A DNA stretch of 57,004 nt, filler included, from Barthelona sp. PAP020 (lineage: Eukaryota), in the NCBI GenBank assembly GCA_040182905.1. It is 2 parts of 2 records of this genome, joined end to end, with 100 filler letters (N's around TTAATTAATTAA, not from the genome) between each part and the next. Parts side by side here need not be neighbours in the genome. Positions count along the whole stretch, not along the records: positions 1 to 28,496 come from JARQWU010000123.1; 1 more part is not named here. The stretch is one strand, 5' to 3'. Below, in pieces: positions 1 to 10,420 of the stretch (positions are counted from its first letter, which is position 1; each line of letters opens with the position of its first letter). The notes beneath the pieces were generated by a model, which was not told the origin of the DNA, ran no database searches, and worked only from the letters and a program-made list of their open reading frames with translations. Position numbers and translations under genes: made by a program.

Positions 1-190
1 ACAGCCAGGATTCAAATTCAAGGCTTTCCCAACTACTCATTTCAATAACACACCGTATATAAAAGCTTTCGTATACCTTTTCTTGTACCTAACGTGAATT
101 TATTGTTGAAATAAAGCCTTTAATCTTACTCTTTCATTCAACGTGAAATTTAGAGACTCGATCCTCTTTTTGTGGAAAAACTTTCAAAAT

Positions 191-262
191 GGTCGCCGCC
201 GGGAATCGAACCCGGGACCTCTCGCACCCTAAGCGAGTATTATACCGCTAAACTACGGCGAC
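191..262 (-). tRNA. tRNA-Pro, anticodon AGG (IGG)
   Basis: Reverse complement GTCGCCG TA GTTTAGCGGTATAAT A CTCGC TTAGGGT GCGAG AGGTC CCGGG TTCGATT CCCGG CGGCGAC C folds into a 72-nt cloverleaf with anticodon AGG, no intron, and a TTTT terminator just downstream. Confidence 0.96.
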
Positions 263-378
263 TTGAAAAAGAAAGCAAAGTGTAAATAATTAGGTTTTTA
301 TTTGATTAAGAAAAATTTAAATATTTGTTCATATCAAATTTTATACATTTAAAACCTCAAATTGGAATAATAAACAAG

Positions 379-527
379 TATTATTAGATATTTATGAGGT
401 ATAAGTTGTTTAATGAATGACAAAATGTTAGTTTAAAGTTTGAGAAAAAACTTACGTGGATTCAGATGCCCAAGTAATTTAAAAAATTAGACCTAAAGGT
501 GGTCAAGAAACAACAAATAACGGAAGT
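379..527 (+). repeat. Dispersed ~150-bp non-coding repeat, copy 1
   Basis: Aligns with the reverse complement of 29654-29803. Shared blocks include TATTATTAGATATTTATGAGGTAT, ACGTGGATTCAGATGCCCAAGTAA and TGGTCAAGAAACAACAAA. Confidence 0.9.
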
Positions 528-641
528 TTTAGTCCAATTGTAAAACAACTATATTTATTTACAAAGAAAGAGTAATCAGAGAAAACTCATCTCTTTAAAT
601 CTTAGCCACAGAAAATGAGTGGCTGCAATTGAATCTTGCTC

Positions 642-1131
642 ATCAAGTATGAAAATTTTGGAAAAATTTTCCATTCCTATTTTTTTGTATTTTTGGAAAA
701 GCAAAATTTTAAAGTTTAAACTTTACCTTAGAAAATCTAAAGTTTTTCAACAGATCAATCGGGCCTCGAAAGCCTTTAACCAAATAAACACTATTCTTTC
801 TTATTCACTCATACGCACAGTGCTTCTTGGCTTGGAAATAATTTATTTATGGAAAAAATAAAGTCAGAAAAGTCACAAAAAAATTTCAGACAAACCTCAT
901 GGGGAATGAAGGACTAAAAGGTACTTTGAACGATCAAGTATAAAAATTTCGGAGAAATTTACCATTCCTTTCTTTTGTATTTGGCAAAAGCAACAATTTG
1001 AAGGTTAAACTTTACCCAAGAAAATCTAAAGTTTTTCAACACGTGAATTGGACCTCGAAAGCCTTTAACAAAATAAACAATATTCTTACTTATTCACTCA
1101 TAGGACAGTGCTTCTTGACCTGGAAATAATT
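642..1131 (+). repeat. Direct duplication of a ~200-bp unit (642-843 and 933-1131, period ~291 bp)
   Basis: Both units begin ATCAAGTAT, share AGAAAATCTAAAGTTTTTCAACA, CCTCGAAAGCCTTTAAC, CTTATTCACTCATA and ACAGTGCTTCTTG, and end TGGAAATAATT. Confidence 0.9.
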
Positions 1132-2026
1132 AAACAATAGAAGAAGAATTTGTAACAATGGAATTTTAAACGATAGTGTAAGAATTTTCCTTAAAAATTA
1201 AGTCGAAAATTTAAAGTAAATTTCTTTTGCACCCGAGTTTCATGGAAATGTGAAATACAGAAGACTTCTACTGTAATTTCAAAATTGGTGCTTGTTTTTG
1301 ATCTCAATAAAGTAAAGTTAACTCTATGAACCACACTGTGAGTTATTCTGTTTTAAAATAGAACCTTCTATCCATAATTATCAAATCGATGGGTTTAGCT
1401 GTTTGTCTTTAGCAAAAGAATTACAGAATAAATTATCTGTGTTTAAAACTATAAAGTGGTGTTAGATCACTTGAAAGACCTATGTTAGGGATATAGCTTA
1501 GTATTTGTGATGTTTAGAAGGTTTAGAATATCAAACGCCAGCTTGTATTTGACATGAATTAAAAGATGAAAAACTGAATGCTTCAAAAGGAAAAAAGAAG
1601 TGGTTAAAATAATATTCAATTGACAAAAAAATCAAATTGATAATATTTTAGCAAATAGAATAGATTTGCAAATTGAATTAATCAATAAACTTAAAAAAAG
1701 AGGAAAAATGACATTCAGCAAATGATTGTTATTTTGGATAATTGTTAAGAATGCACAGAATTGTTTCAAAAGTAGATTATTAATGATAAATAATAAAATT
1801 TTCAGAAAAAGAAAATGGATTTTTTTTCCGATGATTGCACAAAGAAGAAATATGATAAGTTTCTAAAAAAAAAAATCAAAAATCTTTTCTTTCAATGAAT
1901 GAAATTTGTGCTGCTCAAATAACAGTTGAAATAGATAGAATTTGAAAAATTTGCATTGAATCTGAAAAAAAAAATAATTTTTTTTTCTCTTTTTGATTTT
2001 TTCAAAGATTATTTAAATTTATTTGT

Positions 2027-2971
2027 ATGTCAGCTTCTGTTGAACAAGTTCACTTGATCAGTGGACAAACAATTTCTAGTTCTTCTTATCCATTACTTTT
2101 AATTCATGGTATTTTGAGTAATGAATCGGTTTGGGATCCAATTTTACCTTATATTAAAGAAGTTTTACCCAATACAGAGGTGATCAAAATTGAAATAGGA
2201 AATGGCGATATTGATAGCGTTACCATGTCTTTAGAACAACAAATGACTGAGTTATCAAGAATAATTCAACGGAATGATAAGTTGAAAGAGGGTTTCAATG
2301 TAATTGCACACTCTCAAGGTGGAATATTAATCAGAGCTTACATTCAATTCTTTTCTCATCTTCCTGGATTTCCCAATGTTAAGCGTTTGGTTCAAATCTT
2401 TAGTCCAAATGGTGGAGTTTATGGAGTACCTAACTTTTCAGGATGTATTGGAAGTTGTCTGTTGAATTGTTGTGGCTCTGCTCCTTATTGTTGTTGTTTT
2501 GCTGGTTATTCTTTTGCTGATTATTGGAGAGATCCTTATAATTTGGAGGCGTATGAAACATCTCAAAGTGTTTTGGCAAGATTAAACCAATGTTCTCGTT
2601 TATCTTCTAATGAAGAAAAGAGAATGAATAAAAAAACACTCAGCGAGTTGACAGGTTGGTTAGTTATTGCCACTGAAAATGATGATACTGTTATTCCATA
2701 TGGTTCTCCATTTTTTGATGAATATAAGGCCAATACCAAGGATATCATTCATTTGGATAATCCAGAACATTCTTTAAATCAAAATGGAAGGGATCCATTA
2801 GGTTTATTACAATTGATTAAAGAAAATAAAATTCACAAATGTACCACAACTATTAAACATGAAGATGGTGTTAACGTTGTTTCCAAACCTTTGTATGATC
2901 AGGTGATTTTACCATTCTTAACCTGTGATGATCCCACATCTAGATTATTTATTCAAGATGTTGATATTTAA
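2027..2971 (+). CDS. PPT1: Palmitoyl-protein thioesterase (PPT1/PPT2 family alpha/beta hydrolase)
   Basis: Motifs PLLLIHGI, LKEGFNVIAHSQGG (nucleophile elbow), SPNGGVYGVP, DYWRDP and DDTVIP; no obvious signal peptide. Confidence 0.85.
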   Translation: MSASVEQVHLISGQTISSSSYPLLLIHGILSNESVWDPILPYIKEVLPNTEVIKIEIGNGDIDSVTMSLEQQMTELSRIIQRNDKLKEGFNVIAHSQGGILIRAYIQFFSHLPGFPNVKRLVQIFSPNGGVYGVPNFSGCIGSCLLNCCGSAPYCCCFAGYSFADYWRDPYNLEAYETSQSVLARLNQCSRLSSNEEKRMNKKTLSELTGWLVIATENDDTVIPYGSPFFDEYKANTKDIIHLDNPEHSLNQNGRDPLGLLQLIKENKIHKCTTTIKHEDGVNVVSKPLYDQVILPFLTCDDPTSRLFIQDVDI

Positions 2972-3131
2972 ATTTAATATTTTTTTCTTTTGTACAATTA
3001 TACGCATTATGTAAACTTTATTGCTGTTCTTTTTTTCTTATTTGATTGTTAAAAAAAAAATTGTGGTATCGCTATCGCTAATAATATTTTATATTTTAAT
3101 GTTGTCTTATTAAAAATGAGATGAATATATC

Positions 3132-5192
3132 ATGGTTTTGACTTCCGAAATATTAATATGGCTGATATCTTGTGTACATCCGCCAAAAAAAAATCGATTG
3201 ATGATGCCCGAAAATTTACCCATTAGTTTTCAAACTGTTGGATATAAAATAATCAAATTATCAAGGTTCAGTAATATTAAGACTGATTCACTGTTATTTT
3301 CTTTTTTTCAACAGTCTTTAAATGATTTATTGAATAGAATTTCAACTCAATTGTATGATTTATCTTTAACTGACGCATATTCTTTGAATGAAATTAATTA
3401 TATGATATATTATGATCATTCATTCTTATTGTTAGATGAACTTATTTCGATTACTGATAATTTGGACTTCACAAATGAAACAATTGAAAATACAAATTCT
3501 TTAATGAACATCAAGATATTAAATGAATTTTACTATTATCTCATTGAGCATTGGTTTGATGACGAAAAAGTTATCTGTTATTTGTTTCAAATATTCATTC
3601 AAATGCTTGTCGTTTATCTTAATCTGTTGAATGATATGTTGTTATTGGGGCGATGCAATGATGCTGTGATTTTGGACCAGTTACCTTTGACAATAAAGGA
3701 AAGGGAAAAGACAGAGAAGTTTTTCATGGAAGGTATTAAGTTGTGCGATGGTGGTTTTCCTGTTTTTTTTAAGAACCATTTTGACAGTCAAATACCAATT
3801 ATTCTTTTGAACTATTCGATCACTTATCTTTTGCATGGAGTTGAGGATCTTACCATCAATGACAGATTAATTGACATTTTATTTTTGAAACTGGGCATTG
3901 ATACGGAGAATAATCGGCCAGATAGTCCTTTAATGAAACTGGTTGGTCAAAAGAAACAAGGGAAAGATTTTTATTTTTCTTGTTTTGCTAACGATTTTAG
4001 TGGAATTGATTTGATGATTTCAAACATAAAGTCTTTTGATTTATTAAATAAGAATAATTTAATTGAGAATGATAAAGACAAGATTCAACCTCCCAAACAA
4101 CCTTTAAAGATGTTTTTGGATGGTGTATCCCAAGAAATCACTGAAACTTGTCTAGCTAGATCTGTGAATAAGCTAAAGCCATTATTAAACTTGGAGAGCC
4201 ACATGCAAGATTTATCTTCGATCTATTTGTTTGAATATGGGTGTTGTTTTGAGGAATTTATCAATAGACAGGTGGATTTAAGTTTTGTAAATTTTAGAAA
4301 GTTTCAGTCTCAATTACAATATCCCTATCAAAGTGTGTTGTATGATATTTTCAAAAATATGGGACGTTCAATCAATGTGGACATGGTTGTTTGGAATAAA
4401 ATAGACATACAATATGATTTACAGGACAACTTTTCCTCAAAAGTCAAATTTTTCAAAACATTCCACAAAACTTTTCAAATGGATTTGATGTTGCCGTTTC
4501 CTCTTAACATCATATTTGAAAACACTCTAGATCGCTTGAAACAATCGTTTTCTTTCATATTCCGAATCTTTTTGGTTAAAAAATTGCTGAAAGTAGATTT
4601 CTTCACTATGATCAAGGTTTTTAATGAAGAAACAAATGATAGTGGTGTTTTAATTGCTTGTAATGAAATATTGAGTATCAGGTTGGAGTTGTTTTCGTTA
4701 TTTGAAGACCTTTTGACCTTTTTCTTTTTTGAAGTCTATCTACCCGGACAAACTGTCTTTAGAAATATTTTTGTTGATTCTCGTGACGATTTAATAAGAC
4801 TACAAGATCAATTATATGAATTTTCAGAAAAAATATTCAGTCAAACATTTCAAACTGAACCGGTTCGAAAGTTCCGCAAGTCAATTGATAAATTGATGGA
4901 TATAACTATTGATTTTTCATTGTATTATCGTAGTTTAATTGATAGCTATTTGATTGATCATGATTTAAAAGTGGTCACGTCAATTACCAGTCCTTCAGAA
5001 AAATTAGCTTGGACTCCCATCATTATTCAAGATAATAATCTGATTAAAAAATATTCAATGCCTTATATTAAGGAATCTATTAGAAACGAAAAGTTGGTGA
5101 TATCTACAATAATTAAGAAGTCATTGGAAAAACGTTTTTTTCCTTTAGTTAAACGTTTATATGATTATATTGATTCAGATTTGATGATTTGA
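3132..5192 (+). CDS. Divergent gamma-tubulin complex component (Spc97/Spc98, GCP family)
   Basis: The C-terminal half resembles GCP GRIP2 motifs: LESHMQDLSSIYLFEYGCCFEEFI (L..hl..l...yLl..Gdf...fi) and LPFPLNIIFENTLDRLKQSFSFIFRI (v.wPl.lii....l..y..iF.fl). Confidence 0.6.
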   Translation: MVLTSEILIWLISCVHPPKKNRLMMPENLPISFQTVGYKIIKLSRFSNIKTDSLLFSFFQQSLNDLLNRISTQLYDLSLTDAYSLNEINYMIYYDHSFLLLDELISITDNLDFTNETIENTNSLMNIKILNEFYYYLIEHWFDDEKVICYLFQIFIQMLVVYLNLLNDMLLLGRCNDAVILDQLPLTIKEREKTEKFFMEGIKLCDGGFPVFFKNHFDSQIPIILLNYSITYLLHGVEDLTINDRLIDILFLKLGIDTENNRPDSPLMKLVGQKKQGKDFYFSCFANDFSGIDLMISNIKSFDLLNKNNLIENDKDKIQPPKQPLKMFLDGVSQEITETCLARSVNKLKPLLNLESHMQDLSSIYLFEYGCCFEEFINRQVDLSFVNFRKFQSQLQYPYQSVLYDIFKNMGRSINVDMVVWNKIDIQYDLQDNFSSKVKFFKTFHKTFQMDLMLPFPLNIIFENTLDRLKQSFSFIFRIFLVKKLLKVDFFTMIKVFNEETNDSGVLIACNEILSIRLELFSLFEDLLTFFFFEVYLPGQTVFRNIFVDSRDDLIRLQDQLYEFSEKIFSQTFQTEPVRKFRKSIDKLMDITIDFSLYYRSLIDSYLIDHDLKVVTSITSPSEKLAWTPIIIQDNNLIKKYSMPYIKESIRNEKLVISTIIKKSLEKRFFPLVKRLYDYIDSDLMI

Positions 5193-5384
5193 CAAAAGTA
5201 AAAAAGTTTTGTATTTGTTTTTATTCGTTTAAAATTTTTTTAAGCTTTGTAGACATCATTTTAAAACACTTCCATATTTTTATAATTCAGAAGAAAAAAA
5301 AGATATGAAATGTTATGAAAAAATGTAAAAGGAGGAAATTCAAAGAAAGAAATCACAAATTATATTCTTATCAATTATTTAATT

Positions 5385-7748
5385 ATGTTTGACATTGGTG
5401 TAACATCTGAAATTATTCCTGAACTTTTAAGTTTTGAAACAAATTTTGAATTTGATGAAAAATTATCACAAATTTCTGAGAAAATTGGAGATATTAATTC
5501 TAGGACTTCCAAATACTTGTTGGAACATGAAGCATATGATTTATTGAAATCATTTGGTTTGAATTTACCTGGATATTATTTTATTCCTTTTGGGAAAAAA
5601 GTGAGTGAAATTTTTACACCTGATGTTAATACTAGATATGTAATTAAAGCTGTTATTGACAATGTTATTCATAAATCTGATGTTGGTGCTGTTAAATTAA
5701 AAATTACTGCAGATCAATTGGAAGAAGAAGTTACCAAATTTGAAGAAAAATTTCAAGGATGGGAGGGTTATCATGGTATTTTAGTGTGTGAAATGAAGCC
5801 TTTTGACAGTTCTTTTGGTGGAGAATTGATTTTGTCTTCCTTTATCGATGAAGCTTTTGGTCCTTGTATCTGTTTTGGTTTTGGAGGTACTATGGTTGAA
5901 TTCTTGAAGAATATTATGAAACCAGGACAATCAAACATGATCATTCCTGCTTCTATTGAACTATCTTCTATTGAACATTTGATCAAGAATCATCCTGTTG
6001 TTCAAATCCTTACTGGTAATGTTAGAGGAGTTGAAGCTAGGACTACTTTCGAAAATATCATGTCAGTTCTGGATTCAGTTAGAAAACTAGCATTGGTGTT
6101 TTCTCACAACTCTGTAGCACCTTTCGCCATTGAAGAGTTAGAAATTAACCCTGCTGTTATTGTTGATGGAAAGATAACAGCTTTAGATGGTGTTATTAGT
6201 GTGGTTCCTGTAGATATTCCTTACAATCGTAGAAATATCAAACCAATCCAAAATATTGAGGCTTTGTTACTTCCTGAGTCTTGTATTTTTGTTGGAGCTT
6301 CAGCAAAAAATCCCACAAATCCTTGTTCAATCATCATGGAAAGGTTCGTCAATGCTGGGAGATCATTGGATAATTTCATCTGTGTTCATCCAGTTGCTAC
6401 TGAAGTTCTTGGTGTAAAGGCTGTTCCCAGTATTTTGGAGGCCTATGAGCTTAACAAAAGACAACCTGTTGATTTATTGGTAGTTGGTGTTCCAGCCAAA
6501 CATGCCGTTCCATTATTGCATACTGTTTTCGACACATATATTGCAAAGTCTATTTTAGTCATTACTGCTGGATTTGATGAAACTGAAGGAGGAAAGGAGG
6601 CAGCAAATGCTCTTAAAGCCAAACTTCACAGTATTTCTGATCCTTCAGTCAGACCTGTTTTGAATGGACCAAATACTGTTGGATCCATTTGTTTTAATGT
6701 GTCTTCTGTGTTTGTACCTGATGGAAAGAGTGGAAAGACTGATACAGGAATGAAAGAAGTGGGTCTTATTTGTCAATCAGGAGGGTTCATGATCTCCAGA
6801 TTTTCTAATTTGGCCAACCGTCTGAATCCAAGAGTTGGTGTCACTGTTGGTAATCAAATGGATCTTTCTGTTGCTGATTTTCTTCATTATTTCTTGGATA
6901 CTAATTTGGATGTTAAGGCATATGCGTTATATATTGAAGGTTTGAATCCAGGTGATGGTTTAGAATTATTGCAATTGATTACTAGAGCTCATAAAATGGG
7001 TAAAAAGGTAATTATTTACAAAGCTGGAAGGTCTGCTCAAGGTCAAGAGGCTGCAAAGGGTCATACAGCTTCTATGGCAGGTGATTATGACATGATTGGA
7101 CAATTATTCCAACTAGCTGGAGCTATTGTCACTGACTCATTCAATGATTGGCAATTAGCTGTTGAATTGGCCGCTAGATTACCCAACCCTTTCAATGAAA
7201 GAGATTTTGTCACTTTTGGAGCATTATCTAACGCTGGTTTTGAAAAATGTGCAATTGCTGATCATCTTTTCTCCAGAGAATATCCTTGGCTTAAGTTAGC
7301 CAGCTGGTCTGAAGCAACAACTGAAAAAATTCTCAACGTATTTAAAAAGAATAGAATTGACTCTGTTGTGGATATTGGAGATGTATTGGATGTTACTCCT
7401 TCACTAAAGGATGAACCAACAGAAGAAGTTGTTAGAGCCATGTTTGAAGATGAATCAGTCGATGTTGTTTTATTCTCTACTGTTCCTGAAACGGCAGCTA
7501 TTACCACTTTGACCTTAGAAGATTCCAACAATCGTGAGGATATTTATGCTGAAACATCTTTGTTGATGAGATTGATTAAGTTGAATAAAGAGTTCCCTGA
7601 TAAAATGTTGGTTTGTGCTATTGATTCTGGATATTTGTATGAGCCTTTTAGGATTGCAATGAGGAATGCTGGAATTCCTTGTTTTGCTTCCAGTGATGAA
7701 GCTGGTAGAATTATGGAGTTGGTATTTGGTTCCACGAGAAAGTTTTAA
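5385..7748 (+). CDS. Acetyl-CoA synthetase (ADP-forming), fused with beta (ATP-grasp) before alpha
   Basis: N-terminal ATP-grasp motifs LLEHEAYDLLKSFG, HKSDVGAVKL and IEELEINP; then CoA-binding PESCIFVGAS, ITAGFDE and LNGPNTVG; ligase motifs CQSGG, VGNQMDL, LYIEG and the phospho-His motif GHTASMAG. Confidence 0.9.
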   Translation: MFDIGVTSEIIPELLSFETNFEFDEKLSQISEKIGDINSRTSKYLLEHEAYDLLKSFGLNLPGYYFIPFGKKVSEIFTPDVNTRYVIKAVIDNVIHKSDVGAVKLKITADQLEEEVTKFEEKFQGWEGYHGILVCEMKPFDSSFGGELILSSFIDEAFGPCICFGFGGTMVEFLKNIMKPGQSNMIIPASIELSSIEHLIKNHPVVQILTGNVRGVEARTTFENIMSVLDSVRKLALVFSHNSVAPFAIEELEINPAVIVDGKITALDGVISVVPVDIPYNRRNIKPIQNIEALLLPESCIFVGASAKNPTNPCSIIMERFVNAGRSLDNFICVHPVATEVLGVKAVPSILEAYELNKRQPVDLLVVGVPAKHAVPLLHTVFDTYIAKSILVITAGFDETEGGKEAANALKAKLHSISDPSVRPVLNGPNTVGSICFNVSSVFVPDGKSGKTDTGMKEVGLICQSGGFMISRFSNLANRLNPRVGVTVGNQMDLSVADFLHYFLDTNLDVKAYALYIEGLNPGDGLELLQLITRAHKMGKKVIIYKAGRSAQGQEAAKGHTASMAGDYDMIGQLFQLAGAIVTDSFNDWQLAVELAARLPNPFNERDFVTFGALSNAGFEKCAIADHLFSREYPWLKLASWSEATTEKILNVFKKNRIDSVVDIGDVLDVTPSLKDEPTEEVVRAMFEDESVDVVLFSTVPETAAITTLTLEDSNNREDIYAETSLLMRLIKLNKEFPDKMLVCAIDSGYLYEPFRIAMRNAGIPCFASSDEAGRIMELVFGSTRKF

Positions 7749-8106
7749 TTTTTGTTGAGTAAATGCAGGCATTTGCAGTGTTTTTCTTGTTTTCAATTTG
7801 AGTGTTATTTGAAGAAAACTTTTTCATCACTTCTCTTTTCACTTTCCAATGTGTCTGTGTGTACTTTGTCAACTTGAAGTCTCTTCTTTTCCCAGAATGA
7901 AAAATAACAAAAGACTACATTGGCTATTTATAAAGGGTGATATTCAACTCAGTTTGAGATATCTCTATAGAGGGAGAGAGAGAAAGAGACAAAGTTATAT
8001 TGTCAACAGTCTAAAAAAGATCAAGGTAGTCATACTTTGTCATACATCGCCGAATTTTCTTTCAATTACACATCTCCCCAATTGACATAAAATGGCAAAG
8101 AATATC

Positions 8107-10338
8107 TCACTGTTCAACCAAAATTGTTCCTTCTCTAAAGCTATTTAATGGACTGACACAATATTGTCTTGACGGTGTTGAAAGCAATTTCCCATCACAT
8201 CGCAGACAAATCTCAAGATTGACATCAAAGTAAAAACCAGCATTACACTGTTTATTCAAAGTGCAAAACCCATCATAATACAATTGATTAGGGCTGCATT
8301 TGTCAATAGCATTTGTGCTTATTGAGTAATCACCCTGTTTATTGAAAACGAAATCATAACCATCTGACAACACTCTAGTCATTTTATTGTTGAAAAAAAG
8401 TATTGAATCTGAAAGACTGCAAAAATACCGGAAGTATCCAAATACATCAACCAGAATTCCATAAATATTCAAATCGTCAAAAGCAAAACCATCTTCTAGA
8501 TCAAATGAATATGAAGAGAATGCTACATCCCTGGTTTTTTCCAAACTCAGCAAATTAAATATCTTTATTCTAGTAATCTTGGTTAATTCAGCACCTGAAG
8601 CATCATAGGAGGCCTCTTTATCAACAACTAAAACTCTTCCTTGATAATATGTCATATATCCCTCACTTGAAGTCGATTTTTTCAAATCACCATCAAATTC
8701 ATCAATATGAAATGTAAAATTCTTGTGTTGATATATGTGACAAAACTTTTTGTCGTTTAGGGATGTTTGAATTTCAAAGAAAAATCCTTTATCTGTCTGA
8801 ACAAAAACATCTCTCACTGTGGCGATGTTACTACAACAGTTAGGTGCATTTGTAACTGAATCCAATTCAATGTTTCTGTTCTTTGAATACGTTAATAAGG
8901 TATGAACATGATAATTTGCTTGGTGCAACCATACACCATCAACAAAAACAACGTGTTTCTCAAAAGGAAATACAATGGTATGTTTGGCATGAACATGTTC
9001 AAAAAAAATACTGGGATTTTTTCTCAAAAATAGTAAATGGACGTTTGATCCAACAAAATGTCCAAATTTGCCAGAAAATAAGCATTTTTCATAATAATTG
9101 TAAAAACCAGTGTGAGACAAGATCCCAAGATTATTTTGGTACAAAATGGAAGAACCAACAACAGAATAGCTACTTTCAAAGCGGAAATCATGATTTGAGT
9201 AGGTCGGAAAAATAGGCGAAGTGGATTCAACAAAAATATTTCCCACAGTATATGTTGAAACCTTTTTCTTGTGAACAATCACCTTTTTGTCACTACTTCT
9301 TATGTATATCAGGAAATCTTGATTGGAGAGAACTTTTGTCGTGGAAGATTCAAAGCTTCCTAAAATATTTGAGTCAACACTGGGAGTAACAGGATCAACT
9401 TTTACAATATCATCATCGATATAAAAAAGGATGTTATCAAATGTAAAGATAGGCTGAGGTCTGTTTATATATGTGATTGTATCTTGAAACTCCATGATTG
9501 TATAACCAACACCATTCTCACTGCATGTTCCCATATTTCCATCATAATGACAAGACAAAAAGGTGCCATCATATTCATACAGTGGACTGCTGTTAACATT
9601 TTCCAAATCATCAGAGGTACATTCATGTAAAGACACAATATCTGAATGTGAAAGTTGCATCTTGTTCACACAAAACGGTATAAACTCATTGACATATGAA
9701 AACAAATACAAAATGCCATCAGCATGACTCAAACTGGCGTAAATAATCTGGTTTCCAAGAGTAAACTTGTGTTGATACATTAAGGAACCTTCTAAATCAA
9801 TGAGACCGTCTCCATCTATTATTATTTGTTGTCCTTTTACAACCATATTACCATTGTGTAAACCAGAACAAGTATAGAACACACTTCCATGTATTATTTC
9901 CAAAGAGAAGAAATCAACAGGTACATTTGATAGTTCTGTATGTTTTGCACTCCCAAAAGACCAAGTACCCGTTCCGTATGTAATTGATTGATGGATTAGG
10001 TGTAATTTTTCCTGAACATCTTTGATGATAATTAATAACAAATTATCAGTTGTGACAGCTTTTCCATCATAAAAAATAGGAGGATCAGTCCAAAAATCAA
10101 AGGTAAATTCGGTTCTTAAAAAAACCCCATCCATTTGTTTTGCAACAAAATAACTTTGTGATTCACCTTCACTTATACAAAAAAGAGTGTCTAAAGTTAT
10201 TGAACAATTTTTAACAGGCGTTGTTATTGTATCTGAACGTGTTACACGAAGATAAGCTTTTGAATAATCGCAAAAACAAATTCCAACATATATTGATAAT
10301 GTAAATAATATTATTTTAATACAAGCATAATTAAACAT
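8107..10338 (-). CDS. Secreted or surface protein with a C-terminal Cys-rich (ephrin-receptor/furin-like) module
   Basis: 743-aa ORF with a hydrophobic N-terminal signal peptide, a beta-rich body and C-terminal CSPNQLY..C...CNAGFYF.....CLRC......S....YC; no TM segment before the stop. Confidence 0.6.
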   Translation of the reverse strand: MFNYACIKIILFTLSIYVGICFCDYSKAYLRVTRSDTITTPVKNCSITLDTLFCISEGESQSYFVAKQMDGVFLRTEFTFDFWTDPPIFYDGKAVTTDNLLLIIIKDVQEKLHLIHQSITYGTGTWSFGSAKHTELSNVPVDFFSLEIIHGSVFYTCSGLHNGNMVVKGQQIIIDGDGLIDLEGSLMYQHKFTLGNQIIYASLSHADGILYLFSYVNEFIPFCVNKMQLSHSDIVSLHECTSDDLENVNSSPLYEYDGTFLSCHYDGNMGTCSENGVGYTIMEFQDTITYINRPQPIFTFDNILFYIDDDIVKVDPVTPSVDSNILGSFESSTTKVLSNQDFLIYIRSSDKKVIVHKKKVSTYTVGNIFVESTSPIFPTYSNHDFRFESSYSVVGSSILYQNNLGILSHTGFYNYYEKCLFSGKFGHFVGSNVHLLFLRKNPSIFFEHVHAKHTIVFPFEKHVVFVDGVWLHQANYHVHTLLTYSKNRNIELDSVTNAPNCCSNIATVRDVFVQTDKGFFFEIQTSLNDKKFCHIYQHKNFTFHIDEFDGDLKKSTSSEGYMTYYQGRVLVVDKEASYDASGAELTKITRIKIFNLLSLEKTRDVAFSSYSFDLEDGFAFDDLNIYGILVDVFGYFRYFCSLSDSILFFNNKMTRVLSDGYDFVFNKQGDYSISTNAIDKCSPNQLYYDGFCTLNKQCNAGFYFDVNLEICLRCDGKLLSTPSRQYCVSPLNSFREGTILVEQ

Positions 10339-10420
10339 TCAATCATAATATTAATAACCAAAAATAAAGAAAAATGAAAAATGAAAATGCAACGAGATAT
10401 TTATGATTGATAACTTGATT

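Noticed and set aside
226..232. Telomere-like ACCCTAA
   Set aside because: It is the anticodon loop of tRNA-Pro(AGG).
619..861. 80-aa ORF
   Set aside because: GTG start, lies within a non-coding direct repeat, and the second repeat unit does not keep the frame.
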